Below, in pieces: positions 1-14,790 of a DNA stretch of 64,000 nt (the stretch's first letter is position 1; each line of letters begins with the position of its first letter). The notes beneath the pieces were generated by a model. The model was not told the origin of the DNA and ran no database searches. It saw only the letters and a program-made list of their open reading frames with translations. The DNA is from the human T2T-CHM13v2.0 reference genome, Homo sapiens, in assembly GCF_009914755.1 (NCBI RefSeq), contig NC_060925.1. One strand, 5' to 3'. Position numbers and translations under genes: made by a program.

Positions 1-229
1 AAAACAAGGGACATACACACAGTATATTATACTATTAAAACAAATTAGTGCTCAAGAAGAGAAGATGTAGTGCTATTCTTATTTAGGAAAAATATACAGT
101 ATTAGCCTATTTGACATGTGTGTGAACTAGGGGGGCACGTCCAGGATTCTTTTTAATCTGTGCTCCCTCTAACTCTCCAATTCTGTCTTCTCTGCCTAGA
201 TTGCTCTCTTCCCCTACCCACCCCTTCCA

Positions 230-887
<658 letters not shown>

Positions 888-1121
888 TCAGAGTATATCA
901 GAGTAAGTCTTAGTATATTATTATAAGCAAGGCTTTGGCTAAATGGCTCCTTTACCTCTACTGATTTCTGCTCTATTTAACCAGGTATATTAATTGGAAT
1001 ATAGGTTTGGCTGCTTGTCACAGATCTATGCCAGTTTAAACAAGAAGGAATTTTCTTTGTCACAAAACAATCCAGAGATAGGCAGTCATGGACAGGTATG
1101 GCAGCTTTGTTCTTTAGGATA

Positions 1122-1520
<399 letters not shown>

Positions 1521-2218
1521 CTCCAGGCTTTTTCTATCTTGATGCTCCAATATCCTATGATGATGCCCTCATTCCCATGGTTCACAGCCATGACACAATC
1601 CCAGTAGGTCCACTTTTGTCCTGGAATCCTTGGAACCTACACCCAAAGCCAGTTTAATTTCTTTTGGGTACCTGAACTGATTTGAGGACCTTCTGGACCA
1701 TGTAAGGCAGCTTGAGTCTGGTATGGATTTATAGAATTAATCAAGTTGAACAATTTCTCACTGCTTGTCTAATCCATGCCTTACCCTCAAGCCTTCTCAA
1801 GTGGGAAAGACTAATAACTTAGCCTTAGTTGGGTATGTATGACAAGAATGCCAGCTGGTTCTTATGCCAAGGTCAAGCAGCCTTCAAACAGGGTGGTATG
1901 GTTTCCTGAGGCACAGGATACAATAAGTTAACAGAAGGGCATTCTAACAAGTTATAAAAGAGAAATTGCTTGGAACAATGTTAACTATATTATCTAGTTA
2001 GCTATCAGGAAAAGTATAGTACTTATTTGGCTATAAGGTTGCCACAAAATACCATTGCACCATTATTTCTTTACAATGCCTTTCTGTTGGGTTTATGTTA
2101 TTCTGGAAATAAGTCATTAATTCTTATTACAGAAGTTTGAAATGAAGGCCAGCCCACTCTATCAGTTCTCCCCTCCCACGATATATACACACATAGCACA
2201 GATAGCACATGTATGTGT

Positions 2219-2243
2219 ACACACACACACACACACACACACA
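2219..2243. repeat. (CA)n microsatellite
   Basis: ~12 AC units. Confidence 0.95.
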
Positions 2244-3713
2244 ATCTCTGGAGGGAAGGAGAGAAGAGAGAGGAAAATGGGAGAAGAATCAGGGTAGGGG
2301 TGAGAGCTGGGTGCAGCTTTCTAGAGCATTAGCTATTCACTCATCTAGAAGACGCTGAATAAACAAAAGTAACTACTCCTTCCCTTCCCCCTCCCCAAAC
2401 TAAACATTTTCATTCTGTAGACCTCACTTTGTGTCCTAGACAAAACAGGATCAGTGTGGGTCATTATGAGATGATTCTGCCAGTTTAATAGGAAAATAAC
2501 AAAAAGCAAAGATCTGTCTAAATTTGTTCTTGGCAAAGGCAACATATGAGATATTATCTGATTTTTAAAAAGACGTTATCTAATTGATATACAATCCACA
2601 GTTGATTTTCTAAAGTGGTAAAATTCACTTTTCTTTGTGTTTTGGTGTGTCTCTGTGTGAGTAGTTATATTTGTAGAATTTTGGTTAATTTTTGTTACAA
2701 TTATATTTCCATTATATATGTTTTTCTTTTCTTTCCACCTTCTCAAAAGTTCTCCTTTAAAGCAGAAACTTTCCATTCTTGGTTTCATCCAAAAGACAAA
2801 TATTTCTGGGAAAACACTGTGTTTAAGCTATTCAGCAATTCTAGTGTTATGTAACTGACCACACTAAGACTTCCAATTAACTTTGGTTGTGTTTTATTGA
2901 AGAGTGTCATAGAACAGAATAACTGGTGATAATTTTTTAAAACTTTTCTATGTTTTTAAACAGGGAAAGCTCTCTTAAAATATATGCAGCATCTTTTGAT
3001 AAGTGTGGAAGGTAAATCTCCTGTCTGAAGTATTCTAAAGTCCATTGACTGTATTCCAAGACTGATGCTAATCTGTCTGACATTGAGGCATTAATTTTCA
3101 TAACTCAAGTTCTTCTTGCTCTTCTTTCCCTCTTGCTCGTTTCCCTGATTATTTTTGTTTTTCCTTCTTCAATGATGAGTGCATCTTGAGACTCTTTTTA
3201 GACTGCTTCTCTTCAAAATAAGAATCATGTGAATTCATGGTTTCAAATAATTTCCCATGTATATGTATGTACTAACTTAGAAGTCGCTTTCTTCATTTTT
3301 AATCTTTATCTCTCCTTTCTACCACTCTTCAATATATCCAATTTCTTTATCCCCAGAACTGAGCTGATATTTTTTCCAAAAGCCTCATACCTTCCCATTT
3401 TCTCTTTATTTTTATGTCCTCACCACAATCCCAGTGGTCTAGTCTTAAAACCTTGCAGTTTTGTGGGGTTTTTTTTTTGTTTGTTTTGCTTTACTCTGTC
3501 ATTTACTTGCAACATGCTGCCTATTATCAAGTTGTGATGTTTATTTTTCCTAAATATCACTCGGATTCATTTCTTTATTTCAAAACCCTGATATTGCCTC
3601 ACTCAGCCTAGGTGATAATTATTTGGTGTGTACATTACTGTAATATCCTCTTTTATGTCCTTTTTCTACTCTAAGCTAACCTATGGATAAGTATGAGAAT
3701 CGTCTTGTTCACA

Positions 3714-5352
3714 GATGAGGATACTAATTTTCACCACTTTTATTCAACGTAGTAGTGGAAGTCCCAGCCAGAACAATCAGGCAAAAGAAAGAAATAAAAG
3801 GAACCAAACTGGAAAAGAGGAAGTCAGATTCTCCCTCTTTGCAGACAACATGATCTTATATATACATAAACCAAAAAAGAATTCTTAGAACTGATAAGAG
3901 AATTCAGTAAAGTTTCAGGATACAAAATCAACATACAAAAATCAGTTGTATCTCTATATGCTAATAATAAACTAGCTGAAAAAGAAATAAAGCAACCCCA
4001 TTTATGATAGCTACAAAAAATACCTAGGAATAAATTTACTGAAGGAGGTGAAAGATCTCTGCAATGAAAATTACAAAACACTGATGACAGAAATTGAAGA
4101 GAACACAAACAAAGGAAAGACATTCCATGCTCATGTATTGGAAGAATTAATATTGTTAAAATAATAATACTACCCAAAGCAATTTATAGATTCAATGTAA
4201 TCCCTACCAAAATACCAATTTTTCTTCCAAGAAATAGAAAAAACAGTCCTAAAATTTGTATGTAACAACAAAAGAGCCAGAATAGCCAAAGCAAAAAGAA
4301 CAAAGCTGGAGGCCTCACACTACCTGACTTTGAAATATACTACAAACCTATAGTAACCAAAACAGTATGGTATTGGTTTAAAAACAGACATATACACCAA
4401 TGGAACAGAATAGAGAAATCAGAAATAAATCCTTGTCCCTACAGCCAACTGGCTTTTGACAAAAGCACAAAGAACATACAATGGGGAAAGGATACGCTCT
4501 TCAGTAATGTGCTGTGAAAACTGGATGTTCATATGCAGAAGAATGAAACCAGACCCCATCTCTCACCATGTATAAAAATCAACTTCAAATGGATTAAAGA
4601 CTTAAACATAATTCCTAAGACTATAAAACTACTAGAAATGCTTTAGGACATTAGTCTGGGCAAAGATTTTATGGCTAAGACTTCAAAAGCACAGGCAACA
4701 GAAACAAAAATAGATAAGTGGGACTATATTAAACTAAAAACCTCTGTACAGCAAAGAAAACAATCCACAGAGTGAAGAGACAACCTGTAGAATATGAGAA
4801 AGTATTTGCAAACTATTCAACTGACAAGGGACTAATATCCAGAATATATAAGGAACTCAAAGAACTCAACAGGAAAAAACAAAACAAAACAATCCCATTG
4901 AAAAGTGGGCAAAGGCTCTGAACAGACATTTCTCAAAAAAAGACATACAATTTGCCAACAGGTATATGAAAAAAAAATGCTCAACATCACTAATCATCAG
5001 GGAAAGACAAAAAAGAATGACTATTATCAAAAAGACAAAAAATAATAAATGCTGGTGAGGATGCAGAGGAAAAGAAACTCTAATACAGTGTAATGGAAGT
5101 GTAAATTAGGATAACCATTATGGAAAACAGCATGGAGTTTGTAAAAAAAACAACTAAAGAAAGAATTACCATGCGATCCAGCAATGTCACTACTGGGTAT
5201 TTATCCAAAGGAAAGGAAATCAGTATATCAAAGGAAATTAGTATATCGAAGGGCTACCTGGACCTCCATGTATATTTCAGCACTATTCATAATAGCCACG
5301 ATATAGAATCAACCTAAGTGTACATCAGTGGATGAATGGGTAAAGAAAATGT

Positions 5353-5390
<38 letters not shown>

Positions 5391-5861
5391 ATACTATTCA
5401 GCCATAAAAAAATGAAATTCTGTTATTTGCAGCAATGTGGATGGAACTAGAGGTCAGTATGTTAAGTGAAATGAGCCAGGCACAGAAAGACAAATATTGC
5501 ATGTTCTCACTCATGTGGGAGCTAAAAAAAAGTTAATCTCATGGAAAAGAATAGAATGATGTTTACCAGAGAGGCTGGAAAAGGTGGAGAGGGGGATGAA
5601 GAAGAGGTTGCTTAATAGGTGCAAAGGTACAGTTGGAAGGATTAAGTTTTAGTGTTTGATAACACAGTAAGGTGACTATAGTTAACAGTAATTTATTATA
5701 TATTTCAAAATAGCTAAAAGATTATTTGAAATGTTCCCAACACAAATAAATGTTAAATGTTTGAAATGATGGATATCCTAATTACCCTGATTTGCTCACT
5801 GCACATTGTATGCATTTATCAAACTATCACATGTACCTCACAAACATGTATCAATAAAAAA
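3714..5861 (+). mobile_element. 5'-truncated L1 (L1MA-type), ORF2 RT/C-terminal region plus 3' UTR, decayed
   Basis: ctctttgcagacaacatgatcttata = LFADNMILY (RT motif FADD); L1M-type 3' UTR ending tcaataaaaaa; residual TSD tcttgttcaca at 3703-3713 and 5866-5876. Confidence 0.92.
5355..5388. repeat. (CA)n microsatellite inside L1
   Basis: ~17 AC units. Confidence 0.95.
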
Positions 5862-6334
5862 GTCCTCTTGTTCACACTGTTCATTTATCTTTTAAGAAAA
5901 TTTTTTAAAAATCTGCCAACTGGCTACTTTATTCCCACCTCATTTACCTGAACTATATGGTCCACTTCTCCAAACAAATATCATCTCTTTCCATCTCCTT
6001 TCAACATGCCATTTGGAAGACTCCTCTTTCTTCCTCCCCAAACATATTTCTCTATTTCTTCAAAGGTGGTGGTTAACACAGCCTTAATAAAAGCTGAAAT
6101 TACCTGGTCCTTTAAGAGCGAGTACCACCTGACTCATTTTCTCAGTGTCTCAGGGCTACATTGTTAGTCTGCCCTGCTCTCTTTATCTGTACTTGCTGAT
6201 GTGTGGCTTTGTAACATCATGTAGTCATTTTCTTTATGCCTTTTCTCTGCTTTTAGAGTACAAGCAACTTTAAGGTAGAGACAATACTAAGATTTATTTA
6301 TATAATTCAACTATAATTACTAAGTACTTGCTGA

Positions 6335-7060
<726 letters not shown>

Positions 7061-7438
7061 TGGGCAGGAAAATCAAGCTTGGTGTTTTTCTATGTTGTGT
7101 AGCGACTCAGTAAATGTTGCTCATTGACTGAACAGTTTGTGGGGCTTATAGTTCTTGCTGTAATCTCTATATTATGACGTTTGGCTTCAAGCTAAAAAAT
7201 CTTGAGCTACTCAAAATATGGGTCTAATTTTTAACATAGTCTCCTAAGCATTTGCAATTCATTGACCTAACATGTAGTAGTAACAGATAATAACAATGAT
7301 GATGATAGACAACATTATCTAGTATCTAGAGTTTAGTATCTAGTGTCTAGATAATAGAAAACATTATGTATGCTCCTGAGCACTGTGCTAAAGGCATGAT
7401 GTCAATTATCTTAATTAATTCCTACTATAAGCCAATGA

Positions 7439-7755
<317 letters not shown>

Positions 7756-7779
7756 TGTATCCCTATTTTCTTAGAAATA

Positions 7780-7825
7780 CGTTGTGCACGTGTACCCTAG
7801 AACTTAAAATATAATTAAAAAAAGA
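7780..7825 (+). mobile_element. Ultra-short L1PA 3' terminus
   Basis: cgttgtgcacgtgtaccctagaacttaaaatataattaaaaaaa matches the L1PA 3' end; AGAAATA at 7773-7779 and 7826-7832. Confidence 0.8.
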
Positions 7826-8341
7826 AGAAATAGGCTTAGAGGTGTTAAAGACCTTGCCTCAGAGAGAAGTGGTGGGACTAGGACTCAAATCTAGTTGTCT
7901 CTAACTGCAGAGCCTTCACTCTTAGCTACTTTGTTATAGAAGTTCTAGTTTATCTTGGTTTTCAGCACCATTTCAATACCACTATTATGAAAAAGGAGAT
8001 TCCTTCAGTCCCACAAAGAGATATGATTTAGCTAATTGCCCAGTAACTCCTTCCTCAATTTTGGTCAAAGCCTCCATGGCATCAGCTCACCCAGCTCCCA
8101 TTCTGCAGATGTTTTATTACATGTCACACAACCTGGCATTATTTCTGAGTTGATGGTTGTATGTTTTGATCTTTTCAAACATGTGGACAAATTTCTGGCT
8201 GGCTGTCCTTTTTTCTTTTACAGAAATATATAATTAGATGAGGTAATAATGCTCATTAGCCCAAGTTACAAATAGTATTTCAGTATCCAACTTCCTCCTT
8301 AGGAGAGCATCATCACTGATTAAGAATAATTGCCAACAATT

Positions 8342-8723
<382 letters not shown>

Positions 8724-9630
8724 CTATTTGCTTGTTTCTTCTGTCTTCATTTTCTATACCCTAGGGCAGCCTCTTCTTTAGTTGTAATACGTCTGCCTAA
8801 AGTGGGCTTGTAATTTGCTTGCCTAAATATAAAAACGTAATAACAGAGCATTGAGAATTTTTCACTCATACCTTATAGTATTTCTGTGATAACTAATAAA
8901 ATCAGCTTGGTCCCTCAGAAAATGGAAGCAACGGCTTACTGGTTAAGGAGTTTTCAGAGGACTGGTCATCTTTAACCAAACATGACTGGCTCTTTACCCT
9001 TTGCAAAGGAAGGTTGAAAGTTCAAGCAAAAAGCAGGTGAAACCACAGTTATCATAGCTAGGAACAACCATAGCAGAATGCCCAACTGATAGTGGAAAGC
9101 TGAAGATGGAAAGTTGATTGGTAAGCAACACAGGCTGCAAACCTAAAGAATAGGGAGAAGCATTTCATAGGGATATTGGAAGAAATAAATAGCTTTCATA
9201 TTGTTGGAGGAAGGAATCAAGAAATACCAGATTTATTTGCTTATGTCCTCCAAAAGGTTTTATGGATCTATAATCTTTATTATAGTTTATGAGTAAATTA
9301 TTGCAAAAGGGCAATTATCAGTTTTGTTCAAAAGTCCACTACCAGTGAGTGGGAGAAGTTTCACATTAGTCTGCTTAGGTAGTGGTTATAGGTAAGTAGA
9401 GGCAATTTGTGCTCAGTAGTACTAAGGTGTGGAATGGAAATCCTGCCCTCTCACTTATTTATTTTTCTTCGCATGGTATTATTATTATTATTGCCCTCTC
9501 AGGACTGCTTTCTTCTAAACTTTTGACTGGGCATAGGACATTATAGTGCAGCATTCAGTTTGAGGATGACAAAGCCAAGGCCTTCTCATTTCTTACCATT
9601 TTATGTTGATATTGCCATCTTCAAGGCAAG

Positions 9631-11021
9631 TTTTTTTAAAAAACAACTTTATTGAGGTATGACTGAGATGCAGAATGCTGTACATATCTAATGTATACAA
9701 CTTGATGAGTTTGGGGATAAGTATATTCCCATGAAACCATCACCACCATCAAAGCCACAGATATATCATCACCTCCCAAAGCTTCCTCCTTCCTCCTTTA
9801 TTATTATTATTAGTATATTCTTATTATTTTGTGTGTGTATGTGAAGATCACTTAACATAAGATCTACCCTCTCAGAAAATTTTAAGTATATAATAGAGTA
9901 TTGGTAGCTATTAGGCACTGTGTTATAGACCTGTAGTAGATCCCTAGAAGGTATTCATCTTGTATAATTGAAACTTGGCACCCTTTGACCATCACCACCA
10001 CATTTCTCCCACCCCCTCACCCTGCCAATCACCATGCTACTCTGCTTCTATGAGTTCGACTATTTTAGATTCCACATGTGAGACCATACAGTATTTGTCT
10101 TTCTGTATTTGGTTTATTTCACTTAGTATGTATTTCAGGTCCATTTATGTAGCCACAGATGGCAGGATTTCCTTTTTTTTTTTTTTTTTTTTTTGACGGA
10201 GTCTTGCTCTGTCGCCCAGGCTGAGTCTTGCTCTGTCGCCCAGGCTGGAGTGCAGTGGCACCATCTCAGCTCACTGCAAGCTCCGCCTCCCGGGTTTGCC
10301 ATTCTCCTGCCTCAGCCTCCCAAGTAGCTGGAATTACAGGCGCCCGCCACCATGCCTGGCTAATTTTTTGTATTTTTACTACAGGCAGGGTTTCACCGTG
10401 TTAGCCAGGATGGTCTCAATCTCCCAACCTCGTGATCTGCCTGCCTCGGCCTCCCAAAGTGCTGGGATTACAGGCATGAGCCACCATGCCTGGCCTCCTT
10501 TTTTAAGGTTGAATAATAATTGTATCTGCAATATTTTGACTATTGTGAATAATGCTGCAATTAATATGGGAGCGCAGGTATCTCTTTGAGATACTGATTT
10601 AAATTCTTTTGGATAAATACCCAGAACTAGGATTGCTGGATCATATGGTAGTTCTATTTTTAATTTTTTAGGAATCACCATACTGTTTTCCATAGTGGCT
10701 GTACCAATTTACTTTCCCAACAATAGCATATCAGGGTTCCTTTTTGTCTGCATCCTCACCAACACTTGTTTGTTTTTTGATAATGGCCATCCCCACAGGT
10801 ATGTGTTGATATCTCATTCTGGTTTTGTTGCATTTTCCTGATGATTAGTGATATTAAGCATCTTTTCATACACCTGTTGGCCATTTGTCAGTCTTCTTTG
10901 GAAAATTGCCTGTTCAAGTCCCCTGTCTCATTTTTAAAATCAGGTTGGTTCGTTTGCTGTTGAGTTGTATGCGTGCCTTATATATTTTGGATATTAACCG
11001 CTTATCAGATATATGGTTTGT
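9631..11021 (-). mobile_element. L1 (L1MA9/L1MB-type) 3' portion, interrupted by Alu
   Basis: aactttattgaggtatgactg... L1M 3' end; ORF2 C-terminus remnant (LKIELPYDPAILVLGIYPKE) on the minus strand. Confidence 0.88.
10173..10495 (-). mobile_element. AluY-like with internal 24-bp tandem duplication
   Basis: diagnostic gcaagctccgcctcccggg, ccattctcctg, ccgtgttagccaggatggtctc; gagtcttgctctgtcgcccaggct x2 at 10199-10246. Confidence 0.92.
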
Positions 11022-11219
11022 AAGACAAGTTTTTATTACATACTTATTTCGAAGTACAGTGTCCATTATACTTTCACTGTCCTTACTTTTCTGTTATGCA
11101 ATATAATATCTTGCCCAGGTAAAAGTATAAAGAATACTCAGGTTACAAACCAAAAGCAGTAAACAAATACAAAATTACATTAAAGGGAAATGGTGTGAAA
11201 GTAGAGAGAGGAGATACAT

Positions 11220-11390
11220 TTTTATTCAATGCCTCCTATGTTCCAAGTACTCTATCAGATACTTTACATAGTATATTTCGTGTAATCCTCATGATAAGCA
11301 TGACAAGAGACAAATGAGAAAAATAAGGCTGTGAGAAGTGAGGGTCAGACTCTTGGTTGGCAAGTCATCCAGAGCTGGAATTTAAACTCA
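11220..11390 (-). mobile_element. MIR
   Basis: tttattcaatgcctcctatgttccaagtact...taatcctcatg...aaatgagaaaaataaggct...agagctggaatttaaactca. Confidence 0.65.
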
Positions 11391-12436
11391 TATGCCATAT
11401 GTCCCATCATTTACCCAGACACATAAATATCACTCCATATCATCCTACATAAGTACATGCTGTCATAATTTTTATATTTTTTAATTCTTCTTGCAGCCAG
11501 AGAGGTAGAATAAAATGTAGAAAAATGTGGTGTCATAGAGACCAATGAATACATAAATAAATGAATGAATGGGGTATATATATTGTATACTTCCATTTCT
11601 AGACAGACTCTATTAAAGAATCAGCACACCAGCTGCTTGCATTTGCTCTTTATCTATTGGCTCTGGTAAAACTGTAAAGCAAGAAATTTTTTTTTTCTCC
11701 CGTTTGTTGCTCTTCCATACCTCTTTCCTCTTATATGCTAGAACTTTTCTGTTGTTACTGTCAGTGTACACCAAATATGGCAACACAAAACTATTCCTAG
11801 AACATACTAATGCTTAAATATAGATCTTCCCCTATTTAGCAGATTTTCGTGTGTACAGTACATTATTGTTAACTATAAGCACAAAGATCTCTAGAACTTA
11901 TTCATCTTGCATAACTGAAACTCTGTACACACTGAACAGGAATTCCTCATCTGCCCCTCTCTCCAGCCCCAGGCAATCACCATTCTACTTCCTGCTTCTA
12001 AGAGTTTGGCTATTTTAGATACCTTATATAAGTGGGATCATGTAGTATTTGTCCTTCTGTAAGTGGCTTAGTTCACTTAGAGTAATGTCCTCAAGGTTCA
12101 TCCATGTTGTTGCATATGACAGGATTTTCTTTCTTTTTAATACTTAATAATACCACATTTTCTTTATCCATTCATCTGTTGATGGACATTTAGGTCGCTT
12201 CCACCTCTTGGCTATTGTGAATAATGCTGCAATGAACATGGAAGTGCAAGTATCGCTTTCAGATCTTGATTTATTTTGGTTAAATACCCAGAATTGAGAT
12301 TGCTAGACTATATGGTAGTTCTCTTTAATTTTTTGAGGAACCTCCATACTGTTTTCCATAGTGGCTGCACCATTTTACATTCCTACTAACAGTGCACAAG
12401 GGTTCCAATTTCTCCCCATTCTCACCAACACTTGTT

Positions 12437-12440
<4 letters not shown>

Positions 12441-12476
<36 letters not shown>
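12441..12476. repeat. (TG)n microsatellite
   Basis: ~18 TG units. Confidence 0.95.
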
Positions 12477-12479
<3 letters not shown>

Positions 12480-12904
12480 AATAATGGCCACCTTAACAGG
12501 TTTGAGGTTACATCTCATTATGGTTTTGGTGTGCATTTTCCTGATGATTAGTGATGTTGAGCACTTTCTCATATATGTGTTGGTCGTTTGTATGTCTTCT
12601 TAGGAAAAATATCTATTCGGGTGTTTTGCCCATTTTTAAATTGGGTTTTTTTTTCTATTCAGTTGTAGAAGCTCTTAAAATATTGTGGGTATTAACCCCT
12701 TATTAGATACATGATTTGCAAATATTTTCTCCCATTCCATAGGTCATTTATTCACTCTATTGATTGTTTCATTTGCTGCACAGAAGCTTTTTAGTTTGAT
12801 GTACTTTCACTTCTCTAATTTTAATTTTCTTGCCTGTGCTTTTGGTGTGATATCCAAGAAATCATTGCCAAGGCCAATATAATAAAGCTTTCCCCCTATA
12901 TTTT

Positions 12905-13328
12905 TATCTAAGTCCTTTGTGTTGCTATAAAGGAATACCTGAGAGCAGGTACTTTATAAAGAAAAGAAGTTTATTTGGCTCATGGTTCTGCAAGCTGTAC
13001 ACAAGAAGCATGACGCCAACATCTGCATCTGTTGAGGGCCTCAAGCCACTTTAGTTCATGGCAGAAGGGGAAGGTGAGGCAGCGCATGCAGAGATCACAT
13101 GGTGAGAGAGGAGGCAAGAGAGAGATGGGGGTCATACTCCTTGTAACAATCAGCTCTCACTGGAACTAATAAAGTGAGAACTCACACAATACCTTGAGGA
13201 TGGTACCAAGCTATTAATGGGGGATTTGCCTCCATGATCCAGACACCTCCCATTAGGCCCTACCTCCAACACTGGGGATTAAATTTCAACATAAGATTAT
13301 GAGGGGTCAAACAAACCAAACTATAGCA
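12905..13328 (-). mobile_element. MSTB-like MaLR solo LTR
   Basis: gttgctataaaggaatacctgag...aaccaaactatagca; 424 bp; 5-bp TSD ATTTT at 12900-12904 and 13329-13333. Confidence 0.9.
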
Positions 13329-14589
13329 ATTTTCTTTAAGGAGTTTTATAGTTTCAGGTCTTATGTTTAAGTCTGCAATCCATTTTGAATTGATTTTTGT
13401 GTATGGTGTAAAATAAATGTCCAATTTCATTCTTTTACATGTGATCTAGTTTTTGTACAAATGTTTTCCCAGCACCATTTGTTGGAGAGATTATCTTTTC
13501 CTTGTTGTATATTCTTGGCATCCTTATTGAAGATCAGTTGACCACATATGCTTGGGTTTATTTCTGGGCTTTCTGTTCTGTTCCATTGATCTGTGTGTCT
13601 GTCTTTATGCCGGTACCATAAAGTTTTGATTACTGTGGCTTTGTAATATGTTTTCAAATCAAGAAGCATGAGATCTCCAGCTTTACTCTTCTTTTTCAAG
13701 ATTGCTTTGATTATTCAGGATCCTTCGTAGTTCCATTTGAATTTTAAGGTTATTTTTGCTATTTCTGTCAAAAATACACTTGGGATTTCGGAAGGGATTG
13801 CATTGAATATGCAGAAAGTTTTGGATAATATGGACATTTTAACATATTAAGTCTTTCAACCCGTAAACACGGGATGTCTTTCTATTTAGGTGTATCAGCA
13901 AAAAAAAAAAAAAAAAAAAAAACCCTTATAAACTAATAAACAAATTCAGTCAATTGCAAAATAAAGAATTAATGTGTTTCTATATACTAACAACAAACAA
14001 TCTAAAAGTGAAATTTACAAAGCAATCCCATTTACAATAGTATCAGAATAAAGTACCTTGGAATAAACTGAACCAAAGAGATGCAAGTCTTGCTCTCTAA
14101 AAACTACAAAACATTCCTGATCTTTTAACAAAACTTAACCTATCCTCTCAGGACTCTGTTAGGTCACGGGAAGGCTAATGTGGTAAATAAACACCAACTG
14201 AGTTATAAATGGCTTACTGGTTTGTCTTCCCACATATTGACCAGGAGTACTTTAACCCAAAGGTACAGGTAATAAGGTAATATGGACTGAACTGCCTACT
14301 GATGAAATATTTTTAAATGAATATTAAAAAATTTGTAAACTGCAACACACAATTGCTCTATCTAGCATAAAGTCTGCCTCTTTTTTTGCAGAACAGCATT
14401 TGTACAAAATTACATACATTGTGAGGTGTAAATACAAATAGTTATTCTTGGAAAACCTCTCTGAAATTTTAAAGTAATTCCATGAGAAGACATCATTTCA
14501 GATTTCCTAGTGTTGCATACATAACACGCTTTTCACTGAGTCTGGATAAATATGGTTTGGGAGGAAGTACAATAAGGAGGCAGTGGAAT

Positions 14590-14790
14590 TTTTTTGGATC
14601 ACTTACCATGTGCTTGATGATTTGCATGCATTATTTCATTTGATCTCTTTCAAACTCTTTCAGGTAGATGGTTGTCCCATTTTGCAGATGAGGAAATTAA
14701 GGCTCAGGGTAGTAGCATTCAGGTTCACTCACTGCAAGGCTGGATGTGAAGCTGTATCCACTTGGCTTGAAGCTAGTTCTTTTCCCTTTA
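14590..14790 (-). mobile_element. MIR
   Basis: core cccattttgcagatgaggaaattaaggctcag. Confidence 0.75.

Larger units (their letters stand above)
11810..14120 (-). mobile_element. L1MA-type element with inverted 5' segment (13897-14120 on + strand), interrupted by MST LTR
   Basis: minus-strand ORF2 remnant ([29 protein letters not shown]) to ~13896, then plus-strand L1 ORF2 text ending aaactacaaaacattcctga. Confidence 0.88.

Noticed and set aside
14251-14264. tttaacccaaaggt also found at ~38618
   Set aside because: A single ~14-mer match within 64 kb of AT-rich DNA is plausible by chance; flanks do not align.
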